Both the position numbers and the translations under genes were made by a program. DNA of 31,461 nt from the IMG/VR virus record IMGVR_UViG_3300045988_077615; one strand, 5' to 3'. Position 1 is the stretch's first letter, and every line of letters starts with the position of its first letter. Below the pieces are notes generated by a model that had not been told where the DNA came from, did not search any database, and worked only from the letters and a program-made list of their open reading frames with translations. Shown one piece after another: positions 1 to 7,154 of this stretch. The stretch is from a virus.

Positions 1-55
1 TCACGTAGGTTCGGAGGTGTGGCTTGGGCTAGGTATAGGAGTCAGGGTTTCGAAC
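1..55. repeat. 55-bp terminal duplication (identical to 31407..31461); circular-closure overlap
   Basis: Exact identity of the first and last 55 bases, read directly from the sequence. Confidence 0.95.
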
Positions 56-612
56 CCCATGACCATGTGGCTTGTGATTCTGGTGGTAGTTCTGACACTG
101 CCTGCCAGTACCAGGTTGTTGCTGCTCATGCTGGGTACAACGGCCTAGGCTACCGAGGCCGTAAAGCTAGTGATAACCACCCTGCCCCTGCTAAGTGGGT
201 TACATGTTCCCAGGGTATAGGCATGATGGAGGCTATCCTGGGGGGATTCAAGACAAACGAGGAAGGACCAACATTGGACAAGAGCGAACTAATTCAGGCT
301 GTACGTGAAGGCGTTGGCGGACTCAACTGGGGTAACGAGACGTTCGGAGCGTATCTCGGCCGTATGCAGGCTGCTTGCCAGACTGCTGCGTACTACGCTC
401 ACCAGGCTGCTACCCAGACTGCACCTATCACCCGGCCTGGCGACCCGTCTGCTGATAGCCGAGGTCAGGTTGTGATCCGCCAGGAGATCGCTGACGCTAA
501 AACTCGCATCACTGCTGTGCAGGCTCAGATGGAGGAGCTGCGTAACAGCATGGCTCAGCTTGTGGATCTTGTCAAGACTCTGACTCCGCATGATCCTGGA
601 GTCAACGCCTGA
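1..612 (+). CDS. Endolysin, 3' portion (LAS/M15-type zinc peptidase); continuation of 31164..31461 across the circular junction
   Basis: Frame 1 is open from base 1. Bases 1-55 duplicate 31407-31461 in frame, giving one 284-aa ORF. HxxGxAxD (HSDGWAFD, in the 5' part) plus HDH (58-66) match LAS/VanY-type Zn ligands. It sits after the tail genes in the lysis cassette. The C-terminal ~180 aa are unassigned and look coiled-coil at the end. Confidence 0.7.
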   Translation, partial: SRRFGGVAWARYRSQGFEPHDHVACDSGGSSDTACQYQVVAAHAGYNGLGYRGRKASDNHPAPAKWVTCSQGIGMMEAILGGFKTNEEGPTLDKSELIQAVREGVGGLNWGNETFGAYLGRMQAACQTAAYYAHQAATQTAPITRPGDPSADSRGQVVIRQEIADAKTRITAVQAQMEELRNSMAQLVDLVKTLTPHDPGVNA

Positions 613-631
613 TAGCCTGAAAGGAGGTGTG

Positions 632-658
632 GTCCCCTGGTAGATAGTATCAGGGGAC
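632..658 (+). other. Intergenic hairpin (GTCCCCTG / CAGGGGAC, 11-nt loop) between endolysin and the GH16-like gene
   Basis: 8-bp perfect inverted repeat at 632-639 / 651-658. Preceded by AAGGAGG and a GTGTGGTC copy (627-634). No U-tract follows. Confidence 0.4.
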
Positions 659-668
659 TCTCCCCCCA

Positions 669-1376
669 ATGAAAGACTACTTGAAAAAGAAACCACTGTA
701 TGACTACAGGTCGTACGGTGGGTGGGGTATACAGCGTCCTGAGCACGGTACTCTAGGTCGCTTCGACCCGGCTATGACTAAGCTACTTCCGGATGGCCGT
801 ACGTTCGAACTCAAGATGCAGTTCGACAGGCCAGCCTACTTGATGTATGTCGAGGCAGGGGCCACACACGAGAAAGCGCTGCACAACTCCCTGAGGTGTG
901 GCTCATGGGCAAGCCTATACAACGTCCAGGGGGAGGGCTACTGGTCCATGTGGGTGAAGAACCCACCCTCCTGGACGACTGAAATGGTAGCTATGCTGTG
1001 GCCTGAGGAAGACTCCCGCTGGCCCGAGGGCGAGATAAACTTCATGGAGACCCAGTCTGACAAGACCAAGACTCAGCTGAATCTCCACTGGCCCTCGCCT
1101 AAGGACCGCTCTCCACAGCACTGGCCTGTGACGATCGACCTCGATACACGACAGTGGCACAAGTACGGGGTACGTATCTACTCTGATTGCGTACGGTGGT
1201 TTGTAGACGACAAGATGGTGAGGCACCTAGACACAGAGTTCGCACCTTACAACACCAAGCTGCACTTCGCTGTGCAGTGTGGGGTGAATCAAAACTTCGG
1301 GGTGATGTGGCACAAGGACATCGCCTGGGAAGAGAATATGTACATCATCCCTGAGAGAGCCCCAGGGATACTGTAG
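669..1376 (+). CDS. GH16-like (concanavalin-A-like glucanase fold) glycoside hydrolase, probable second lysis enzyme
   Basis: WSMWV...WPEGEINFME...HW...WHKYGVRIYSDCVRWFVDDKMV matches the GH16 signature (WPxxGEIDxxE, HxYxxxW...YVDG). The catalytic motif here reads E-I-N-F-M-E. ATG at 669. Confidence 0.6.
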   Translation: MKDYLKKKPLYDYRSYGGWGIQRPEHGTLGRFDPAMTKLLPDGRTFELKMQFDRPAYLMYVEAGATHEKALHNSLRCGSWASLYNVQGEGYWSMWVKNPPSWTTEMVAMLWPEEDSRWPEGEINFMETQSDKTKTQLNLHWPSPKDRSPQHWPVTIDLDTRQWHKYGVRIYSDCVRWFVDDKMVRHLDTEFAPYNTKLHFAVQCGVNQNFGVMWHKDIAWEENMYIIPERAPGIL

Positions 1377-1387
1377 TTAGGAGACAC

Positions 1388-1693
1388 ATGGATATTACTA
1401 CGCTCGCCACTGTACCGGCTATGCTCGCTATTGTCGAGCTGCTGAAGCGCCTCGGACTGCCAGCTAAGGCCGCTATGCCGGTTACTGTGGTCTTGTCCGT
1501 TGCTCTGGGCCTTGCTCAGACTTTCCTTGGAGGTGATCCTGTCTACCAGGCTGCCGCTAAGTACCTGCTGATGGGTCTCGGTGCGTGTGGCCTCTACGAT
1601 GCAGCTAAGCTCGCATCCCCTACCGTGGAGCAGAAGAACGAGTTGAACACCACTGTCCCTCGTCGTGCTGAGGCTCCTGAGGTGACTGCCTGA
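1388..1693 (+). CDS. Holin-like small membrane protein
   Basis: 101 aa with 2-3 hydrophobic helices and a charged C-terminal tail. Last gene of the lysis cassette. SD TAGGAG lies upstream of the ATG. Confidence 0.55.
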   Translation: MDITTLATVPAMLAIVELLKRLGLPAKAAMPVTVVLSVALGLAQTFLGGDPVYQAAAKYLLMGLGACGLYDAAKLASPTVEQKNELNTTVPRRAEAPEVTA

Positions 1694-1704
1694 TCTAAGG
1701 CATA

Positions 1705-1740
1705 AAATAACCCCCTACCTAAACAGGTAGGGGGTTATTT
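1705..1740. terminator. Bidirectional rho-independent terminator between the convergent arms
   Basis: Perfect 16-bp stem AAATAACCCCCTACCT / AGGTAGGGGGTTATTT with a 4-nt loop (AAAC). T-rich flanks on both strands. Located between the ends of the + and - arms. Confidence 0.85.
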
Positions 1741-1758
1741 GTTTACTAGGGGCATAGG

Positions 1759-1839
1759 CTACCACCTTTCGTTGAGGAAGTATCCGATGACCAGGCCTAA
1801 GGCCAGGGCCAGCATCATCATAGCAACGCACATGTCCAT
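1759..1839 (-). CDS. Possible 26-aa single-pass membrane micro-protein (MDMCVAMMMLALALGLVIGYFLNERW)
   Basis: Hand translation. The ATG lies 1 nt after the stop of the upstream 49-aa ORF. Too short for the ORF track. Confidence 0.3.
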   Translation of the reverse strand: MDMCVAMMMLALALGLVIGYFLNERW

Positions 1840-1840
1840 G

Positions 1841-1990
1841 TCAGCTTCCAAGATGTTTCTTGATGATGCGCTTGATGATTTTCTCAGGTGGCCAGCAGTA
1901 CAGGCCTGAAACTTGAGCAATCTCTTGACCACACGCCAGCCTTTGTTCCTGGCTAGTGTGAGGGTAGTAGTAGCGTAGTTGTGCGGCCAT
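1841..1990 (-). CDS. Hypothetical 49-aa protein
   Basis: Hand-translated open frame (MAAQLRYYYPHTSQEQRLACGQEIAQVSGLYCWPPEKIIKRIIKKHLGS). Fills the gap after 2005..2271. Confidence 0.4.
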   Translation of the reverse strand: MAAQLRYYYPHTSQEQRLACGQEIAQVSGLYCWPPEKIIKRIIKKHLGS

Positions 1991-2004
1991 TGCTTCCGGG
2001 TCGA

Positions 2005-2271
2005 TCACCATAGTGCGTCTCCAATCGAGTCGATCTCGTCCATGAGGTTGTCTAGTTCACAGTAGTAGCAGTATGCGGCCAGGTAGTCAGGCAGGTCCAC
2101 ACCGTCCCAGGTTACCTTACCTTCAGCAGCATGGTCAATGTCAATCTTGAGGTTGACGAGGATGGCCTCGCTGAGGTCCTCTCCGTACACGTTGAGGACG
2201 TGATCGTGAAGCTCAGCAAGGTCGATGCCGTGCTCGGCTACGTACTCGGGGTCTCGTTTGAATCCTAGCAT
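2005..2271 (-). CDS. Hypothetical acidic protein (88 aa)
   Basis: ORF track. Overlaps its neighbour by a few nt (operon packing). D/E-rich. Confidence 0.6.
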   Translation of the reverse strand: MLGFKRDPEYVAEHGIDLAELHDHVLNVYGEDLSEAILVNLKIDIDHAAEGKVTWDGVDLPDYLAAYCYYCELDNLMDEIDSIGDALW

Positions 2272-2720
2272 TGTGTTGCCTCCATGTCGTCTAGCAGGTA
2301 TACCAGCGGTGAGCGTTCAACTCCTGGTATAGCCCTCAGTCTTGTGATTGTCTCTTGCAGTGTCAGGTCCGTAGGTATCGCCCTGAACGCCTCTGACTCT
2401 AGCACAGTGGCGTAGTGCGTGTCTAGTACCCACTCAGCCCTACGCATGAGGGCGTTGACAGGGTCATCAATGAGGTCTCCTACGAGACTGTCGTCGATGC
2501 CCTCACCCATGTGGTCGTACAGCTCCTCACCGCACGGCATGTACCTGTCTGTGGCCCTCTGGCAGTACTGCACTGCCCAGTAGCGAGGACATACCCACAG
2601 CTCCCACTCCCACATGAAGTCGTCTGGCAGCTCATCGTAGCCCCACTCGGACAGCTTGTCGAGGACCTTGATGTGGCCAGGTGTGGCTGCCACGTCCCAC
2701 AACTCATCAATAGTGTACAT
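2265..2720 (-). CDS. Hypothetical acidic, Trp-rich protein (151 aa)
   Basis: ORF track. Tightly packed in the - strand operon. Confidence 0.6.
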   Translation of the reverse strand: MYTIDELWDVAATPGHIKVLDKLSEWGYDELPDDFMWEWELWVCPRYWAVQYCQRATDRYMPCGEELYDHMGEGIDDSLVGDLIDDPVNALMRRAEWVLDTHYATVLESEAFRAIPTDLTLQETITRLRAIPGVERSPLVYLLDDMEATQC

Positions 2721-2723
2721 TGT

Positions 2724-2897
2724 TCACCGCTCCACTACGAGAAAGGTTGCTTTGACTGGAGTGTGCTGGCTAGAGTCCCAGTAGATGTCTCCCAGCTCAC
2801 TGGTGTAGAGGTAGCCACACTCGAGGAGTGCCTCGATGCTAGCTCCGTAGAAGTTCTCGACGATCTCTACCTTGATTGTTCCCTGTGTTTCGATCAT
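2724..2897 (-). CDS. Hypothetical 57-aa protein, leaderless
   Basis: Hand-translated open frame (MIETQGTIKVEIVENFYG...). The ATG is exactly 6 nt downstream of a TGTGCTAAGGT extended -10. Confidence 0.5.
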   Translation of the reverse strand: MIETQGTIKVEIVENFYGASIEALLECGYLYTSELGDIYWDSSQHTPVKATFLVVER

Positions 2898-2933
2898 GGT
2901 ATTACCTTAGCACACTCTAGAGAGATTGCACAA
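2898..2933 (-). promoter_or_regulatory. Sigma-70-type promoter with extended -10, driving the leaderless 2724..2897 gene
   Basis: On the - strand: TTGTGC (2928-2933), 18 nt spacer, GTGTGC-TAAGGT (-10 at 2904-2909), then 6 nt to the ATG at 2897. Confidence 0.55.
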
Positions 2934-4524
2934 CTTCAGGCTGCCACTCTCCCGGAGTGTCTAGCCCGGTGACGACAAGGTCCTGTGACCCCGACTTAGT
3001 TTCTACTTGAATACTCAACGACTCTGCCTGGCGAGATATGTACAGACTGTTGTCTGACCAGGCGTGCAGAGCCACTGACCCTGCCAGTGCTGCGCCTCCA
3101 GTGGAGGGCATGTCCTTGTTGGCCTTGCGTGTGTGGTGCACTATAAGCTGAGCGCACCCTGTAGCCTGAGCTACAGTCTTGATGGGCTGTAAGATCTGCC
3201 CGTACATGGCCTGAGAGTCATTGATCGACTCCGTGGTGAGCATAGACAGTGTGTCATAGCACACTAGGCCTATGCCCATCGAGTCTATGGTCTCGCCTAT
3301 CTCCTCAGCTAGCTCAGGTGACAGCCCTTGTGTGGGCCTGCCTGCTATATAGAGGGGGATATCCCCGTCAGGAGGGTTAAGCTCCAGCACGCCAGACTTG
3401 CAGGTTATGTACCCTCGAGGGTCATGGTGGGGGAATCTGCACTGGAGGATAGTCTGTACGCGAGCCCACACACGTGACAGGCTGTCCTCCGCCTCGATGA
3501 TGAGGCAGGGTGCCTGATGTGACCTAGCGTACCCTAGCACTGGCTGGCCTAGAGACAGGCTGATAGCCATATCCAGCATGACCCAGCTCTTGTAGTGCTT
3601 AGGCGGTGCAGCTATGAAGCCACAGCCACCTTCCTCCACCAGGCCGTCGATACGCCACCGCGGAGGGGGCATGTTGACTAGCTCAGATAGTTGCCTGATC
3701 TGGAGCAAAGGCTCTTTAGGTGAATCTTCAACTATCTCGATAGTCTCAGTAGTTTTAGACCCTGCAAGGTCTAGTTTACTAGCTACCCTCTGAACCTCAG
3801 CCCTCAGCTTGTCTACTGAACCCCATTTATTAAGGCACGTGTGCCTGACCAAGCCAGGGATAAACTCCGGCTCAACCCCACACTCCAGCATGCTAGCTAT
3901 AGCCGCGTACAGCTGGCTCGACCTGTCACCAAGGGCTTTACTAGCACGAAGCTGCCCTGCTATAGATGCCGAGCTACCGTCCAGTGTACGGTACACTGCT
4001 GAGGCCAGCTCACCAGGGGTCTGTGTGGTCCCGTAGGTAGGCCTCCCTACCTTACACCCCCTCTTGTGTGAGGGTGTACCAGGTACCCTGAGTAGCTGAG
4101 TAGCATCCCAGCCTCCAGGGTCGCAGCCTAACACGTGGCTGACGGCCCTAGACAGACTGTCCTGGTCAGGCTGAGGCACAGTCTCAGTAAGCCTCCAGAT
4201 AGCTTGTGTGTGACCTGGGCTACTAGTCCACACAGCGAGGGGGTTAGTACCCTCCGTGTGGCCGTCGTCTACGTCAGACCAGATCAACGGGCCCGCTTTG
4301 AGGAACTCCGCTTTCCTTTCTGGTTTACTGAAAAGACCGGGAGTGAAATATACATCCTGCCCAGCTTCAACGAGATCCCGCACGTAGTGTTTCGCTTCGT
4401 CCTGTTGGTCCACAACCCGAAAGGCTTTGCCCGGGTTGAAAGCCTGACTCGGCCATTTGATCCCACAGATGAAAAAATACCCATCACAACCCTCCCAGAT
4501 TGTCTCGAAGAATCTCATCCTCAA
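2917..4524 (-). CDS. Bifunctional primase-polymerase / RepA-like (AAA_25, DnaB/RecA-fold) helicase
   Basis: The N-terminal part has prim-pol-like motifs (DVYFTPGLF, WSDVDDGH). The C-terminal part has Walker A-like APPKHYKS, Walker B-like LIIEAEDS, and HHTRK. Confidence 0.65.
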   Translation of the reverse strand: MRMRFFETIWEGCDGYFFICGIKWPSQAFNPGKAFRVVDQQDEAKHYVRDLVEAGQDVYFTPGLFSKPERKAEFLKAGPLIWSDVDDGHTEGTNPLAVWTSSPGHTQAIWRLTETVPQPDQDSLSRAVSHVLGCDPGGWDATQLLRVPGTPSHKRGCKVGRPTYGTTQTPGELASAVYRTLDGSSASIAGQLRASKALGDRSSQLYAAIASMLECGVEPEFIPGLVRHTCLNKWGSVDKLRAEVQRVASKLDLAGSKTTETIEIVEDSPKEPLLQIRQLSELVNMPPPRWRIDGLVEEGGCGFIAAPPKHYKSWVMLDMAISLSLGQPVLGYARSHQAPCLIIEAEDSLSRVWARVQTILQCRFPHHDPRGYITCKSGVLELNPPDGDIPLYIAGRPTQGLSPELAEEIGETIDSMGIGLVCYDTLSMLTTESINDSQAMYGQILQPIKTVAQATGCAQLIVHHTRKANKDMPSTGGAALAGSVALHAWSDNSLYISRQAESLSIQVETKSGSQDLVVTGLDTPGEWQPEVVQSL

Positions 4525-4789
4525 CCCTAGCTATCTCTTCCTTGTAGGTACCAGGGGTTACGCATGCCCAATACCCTCCGGCTGACATGATATCAGCCCC
4601 AACTCGAATTTGCCACTGGCTCAAAGATGAGCCTGTTTTAAGCTCCAGACCTACGAACCTACCTCTGAAGCAGGCTATCAGGTCTGGGATGCCTTTCTTA
4701 GTGTACTGGCTGGCGTGGTATTTGACAACCCACCAACCTCTACCTTCTATGTACTTCTGAACTTGTCTTGAGAATGTGCTCTCTAGCAT
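4484..4789 (-). CDS. VRR-NUC domain nuclease
   Basis: GIPDLIACFRGRFVGLELKTGSSLSQWQ matches the VRR-NUC core (PD...ExK...Q). Start moved to the internal Met at 4789, because the track's upstream extension overlaps 4827..5279 and is Arg-rich junk. Confidence 0.65.
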   Translation of the reverse strand: MLESTFSRQVQKYIEGRGWWVVKYHASQYTKKGIPDLIACFRGRFVGLELKTGSSLSQWQIRVGADIMSAGGYWACVTPGTYKEEIARVEDEILRDNLGGL

Positions 4790-4826
4790 GCCCAGAGCAG
4801 GGCGCAGGTCCCTGCTCCAGACTATG

Positions 4827-5279
4827 TCAGAGAATGTCGTCGAACTCGCCGAAGTCGTCCTCAACGTCACAGCTGTCCTGGGCAGTCTCAGGAGCCTTAG
4901 GGGAAACCTCAGAGAACGGGGCCACACGCGCCACACGGCTGCGCAGCTTGCCATTGTAGGTGTCGTCCTCAAGCTCTACGTTGATCTTAGCCCCAACGTA
5001 CTTGGCAGGATCAATCTGGACAACCTTGTTAGGTACCCGGGTGCCCGCAGCTTCGATCAGTTCACGGAGCTTCCATAGCTGATTCGGGACGATCTTGCAG
5101 TAGTAGGGGTAGCGTCCAGGACCTGCCACGATAGCGAACACCAGCATGTCGGTGTTATCTGACTTGGTCTTGGTCATATCCACCCCAGCGATCTCAGCGT
5201 TGTACACGCCTGGCGCCTGGTGGACGGTGCTGAAGCTCGGTGCCTTGACGTCGGAGAAGTCGATCGAGATCTTAGCCAT
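4827..5279 (-). CDS. ssDNA-binding-like protein (DUF669-like) with acidic C-terminal tail
   Basis: 150 aa. The C-terminus DDFGEFDDIL resembles an SSB acidic tip. Adjacent to the Sak4-like ATPase, as in many phage recombination modules. Confidence 0.5.
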   Translation of the reverse strand: MAKISIDFSDVKAPSFSTVHQAPGVYNAEIAGVDMTKTKSDNTDMLVFAIVAGPGRYPYYCKIVPNQLWKLRELIEAAGTRVPNKVVQIDPAKYVGAKINVELEDDTYNGKLRSRVARVAPFSEVSPKAPETAQDSCDVEDDFGEFDDIL

Positions 5280-5547
5280 TGTTGGTTTCCCTTTCCTTGA
5301 GGATTGATCGGATGTAGTCGATTGTAGCAGTAGTAGTGGTGAAGAAGCAAACCGTGATGGTGAACATATCGCGGTTCACGTGGTCATTGTATCGCACCTC
5401 GTACTGGCCTACCTGGTGGGCCACAGTGATAGGGTTGGGCACGTCGATGACGGCCAGGTCATGGTGCTCGAAGCGCCATGGCAGATCATCCATCTGGTCA
5501 CACAACCTGACAAGAGCGTTACTAGCGACCTTTGAAAAATCAATCAT
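5272..5547 (-). CDS. Hypothetical protein (91 aa)
   Basis: ORF track. Overlapping starts and stops with both neighbours. Confidence 0.55.
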   Translation of the reverse strand: MIDFSKVASNALVRLCDQMDDLPWRFEHHDLAVIDVPNPITVAHQVGQYEVRYNDHVNRDMFTITVCFFTTTTATIDYIRSILKERETNNG

Positions 5548-6202
5548 GTGTGAGGTACCTTTCTAGACGTTCCCAAGTGGGAGACCCCAACCAGGGCTTA
5601 CGGGCTGCAATGTCAGCCCTGCACCCCGCCACGATACCCTGTGTGGGCTTGAGCCACATACGGTACCCGGTGTCGGAGTCTCTCTTAACTGACTCTGTGT
5701 AGCCTATCACGTCAGCATACATGAGCGCAAACTGTCGTGCTTGGCCTGGAAGAGCCAGGGTGACCTCCTTAGTCTGGGCCACATCAGCGTCCTCGGGGTC
5801 AGCCTCATCCACGTAGGTGACCTTAGCCTGCCCTGTCAGGACCACAGGGATGTCTAGACCACGCAGAGTAAGGATCAGTGACTTGATCAGTTCGTTGGCC
5901 TGGCCATATTGGGGGAGACTGACAGGCTTGGCGACTGTCAGCAGATCCCCTCGCTTACGCCCAGATACGAAATTCAGTGCCAGCTCATGGGCCACAGTGA
6001 TGCTGTCCAGAGCTACTGCCTGCGGAGGCTTAGCGACTATGGACTGAACCTCTTTGGCAAGGGCCTCCCAGGTATCTACCTGTGTGGTCTCGGCCTGTAC
6101 TGCACGGGTGCCTCCCTCGAGGTCGATGATGCGCACCCCCGGCACCGTAGCTGCGAAAGTTGTCTTGCCTGTCTTAGGCTGGCCATACACTAGTGTGATC
6201 AT
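5540..6202 (-). CDS. RecA-fold AAA ATPase (Sak4-like)
   Basis: Walker A GQPKTGKTT within the first 15 aa. Size of ~220 aa and genomic context fit. Confidence 0.6.
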   Translation of the reverse strand: MITLVYGQPKTGKTTFAATVPGVRIIDLEGGTRAVQAETTQVDTWEALAKEVQSIVAKPPQAVALDSITVAHELALNFVSGRKRGDLLTVAKPVSLPQYGQANELIKSLILTLRGLDIPVVLTGQAKVTYVDEADPEDADVAQTKEVTLALPGQARQFALMYADVIGYTESVKRDSDTGYRMWLKPTQGIVAGCRADIAARKPWLGSPTWERLERYLTHD

Positions 6203-7146
6203 TTGTACCTCTCCATAGGGTCTCTCTTGTCAAAGAATTGAAGGTATTGCTCGTCGGTACCGAATTCTACCCTAGCCGCTGCGAGTTTTCCCATACGGCA
6301 CAGGTACGAATTACCACACACTGACGGATTCCTGTCCTCTGGTGGCTTAGACCAGTCGTACTCCCCGACCTGCCTAGCCCACCTCAGTATCGATTTGATC
6401 TGCCTGGCATGCACCTCCTTATTGAACGGCACCAGCAGCCTGGCGAAAGCTGGGCAATGTTGACGCTTCAACAACTCAGCATCCTTCGCGATGATGTCGC
6501 ACTCCGCTGAGGTAATCTCAGTACGGTGCTCATGAGCCCAGTCTATCAGAGATCGGTAGCAAGTGCTACCTGTGGACCCCTTCGTGATCTTAAGCTTACC
6601 TGTCTTAGTCAGCTGGGGCCACACAACACGCTGTGGCTGAATGTAGTCCCAGATCATCCCACCAAGAGGCAGGTCCCAGCCGAGGCGCTTCTTGTTGCCC
6701 TCGAGGAGCCAGAGGTACGCATGCGACTGGATATCCAGCTGCCGGTACTCGGCTGTAGGGAGGGTCTGGTGGGTTTTGTGGTCCAGCACCCACAGACGGC
6801 CACCGAGCTCGACTACCTTATCGATCTTACCTCGGTAGTTGCAGTTGCATCCTGGGATACCCCTGCTCAAATCGAGCTCGCACGCCAGGACGTTGAGGGG
6901 CTCATCACGGTACCTGTACTCGTAGGCACGGTACACACGATCGAGGTCATCGTAGATCTGGTGCTCCTCCTCCATAAGGTCCTTTGGGCGCTCTGGTGGA
7001 GTACCTGTCTCAAGCCACGCATGGAGATACGTACCCCTATCCAATGCCGTACCGGGGTGAGGCTTGGCTGAGATCCCCTGTAGGTCATAGTAAGCCTCCA
7101 AAGGGCAGTTAAGCCAAGACTTGATCAAGCTTGTGGTTATCTGCAT
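6199..7146 (-). CDS. PD-(D/E)XK exonuclease, Cas4/RecB-like
   Basis: GKIDKVVE...LWVLDHKT nuclease core. An N-terminal Cys (WLNCP) and C-terminal CGNSYLC suggest an Fe-S cluster of Cas4/AddB type. Confidence 0.6.
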   Translation of the reverse strand: MQITTSLIKSWLNCPLEAYYDLQGISAKPHPGTALDRGTYLHAWLETGTPPERPKDLMEEEHQIYDDLDRVYRAYEYRYRDEPLNVLACELDLSRGIPGCNCNYRGKIDKVVELGGRLWVLDHKTHQTLPTAEYRQLDIQSHAYLWLLEGNKKRLGWDLPLGGMIWDYIQPQRVVWPQLTKTGKLKITKGSTGSTCYRSLIDWAHEHRTEITSAECDIIAKDAELLKRQHCPAFARLLVPFNKEVHARQIKSILRWARQVGEYDWSKPPEDRNPSVCGNSYLCRMGKLAAARVEFGTDEQYLQFFDKRDPMERYK

Positions 7147-7154
7147 GTCTCCTA

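Noticed and set aside
1-55. Biological direct terminal repeat or LTR-like mobile-element end
   Set aside because: The duplication lies in the middle of an intact, in-frame endolysin ORF and is exactly 55 bp. An assembler overlap on a circular contig is far more likely. Read data would be needed to exclude a real repeat.
289-746. ORFs of 135 aa and 63 aa on the - strand
   Set aside because: They are antisense to the endolysin and span its intergenic hairpin. The composition is Ser/Leu-rich and the late arm is otherwise strictly + strand.
4790-4972. N-terminal 61-aa extension of the VRR-NUC ORF in the track
   Set aside because: The extension overlaps the upstream SSB-like gene by ~145 nt and translates to Arg/Ser/Thr-rich junk. 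The conserved domain begins right after the internal Met at 4789.
6526-7071. 181-aa ORF on the + strand, and similar + strand ORFs within 2480-12340
   Set aside because: All are antisense to motif-supported replication genes in the - strand arm. None has a recognisable motif or expression signal.
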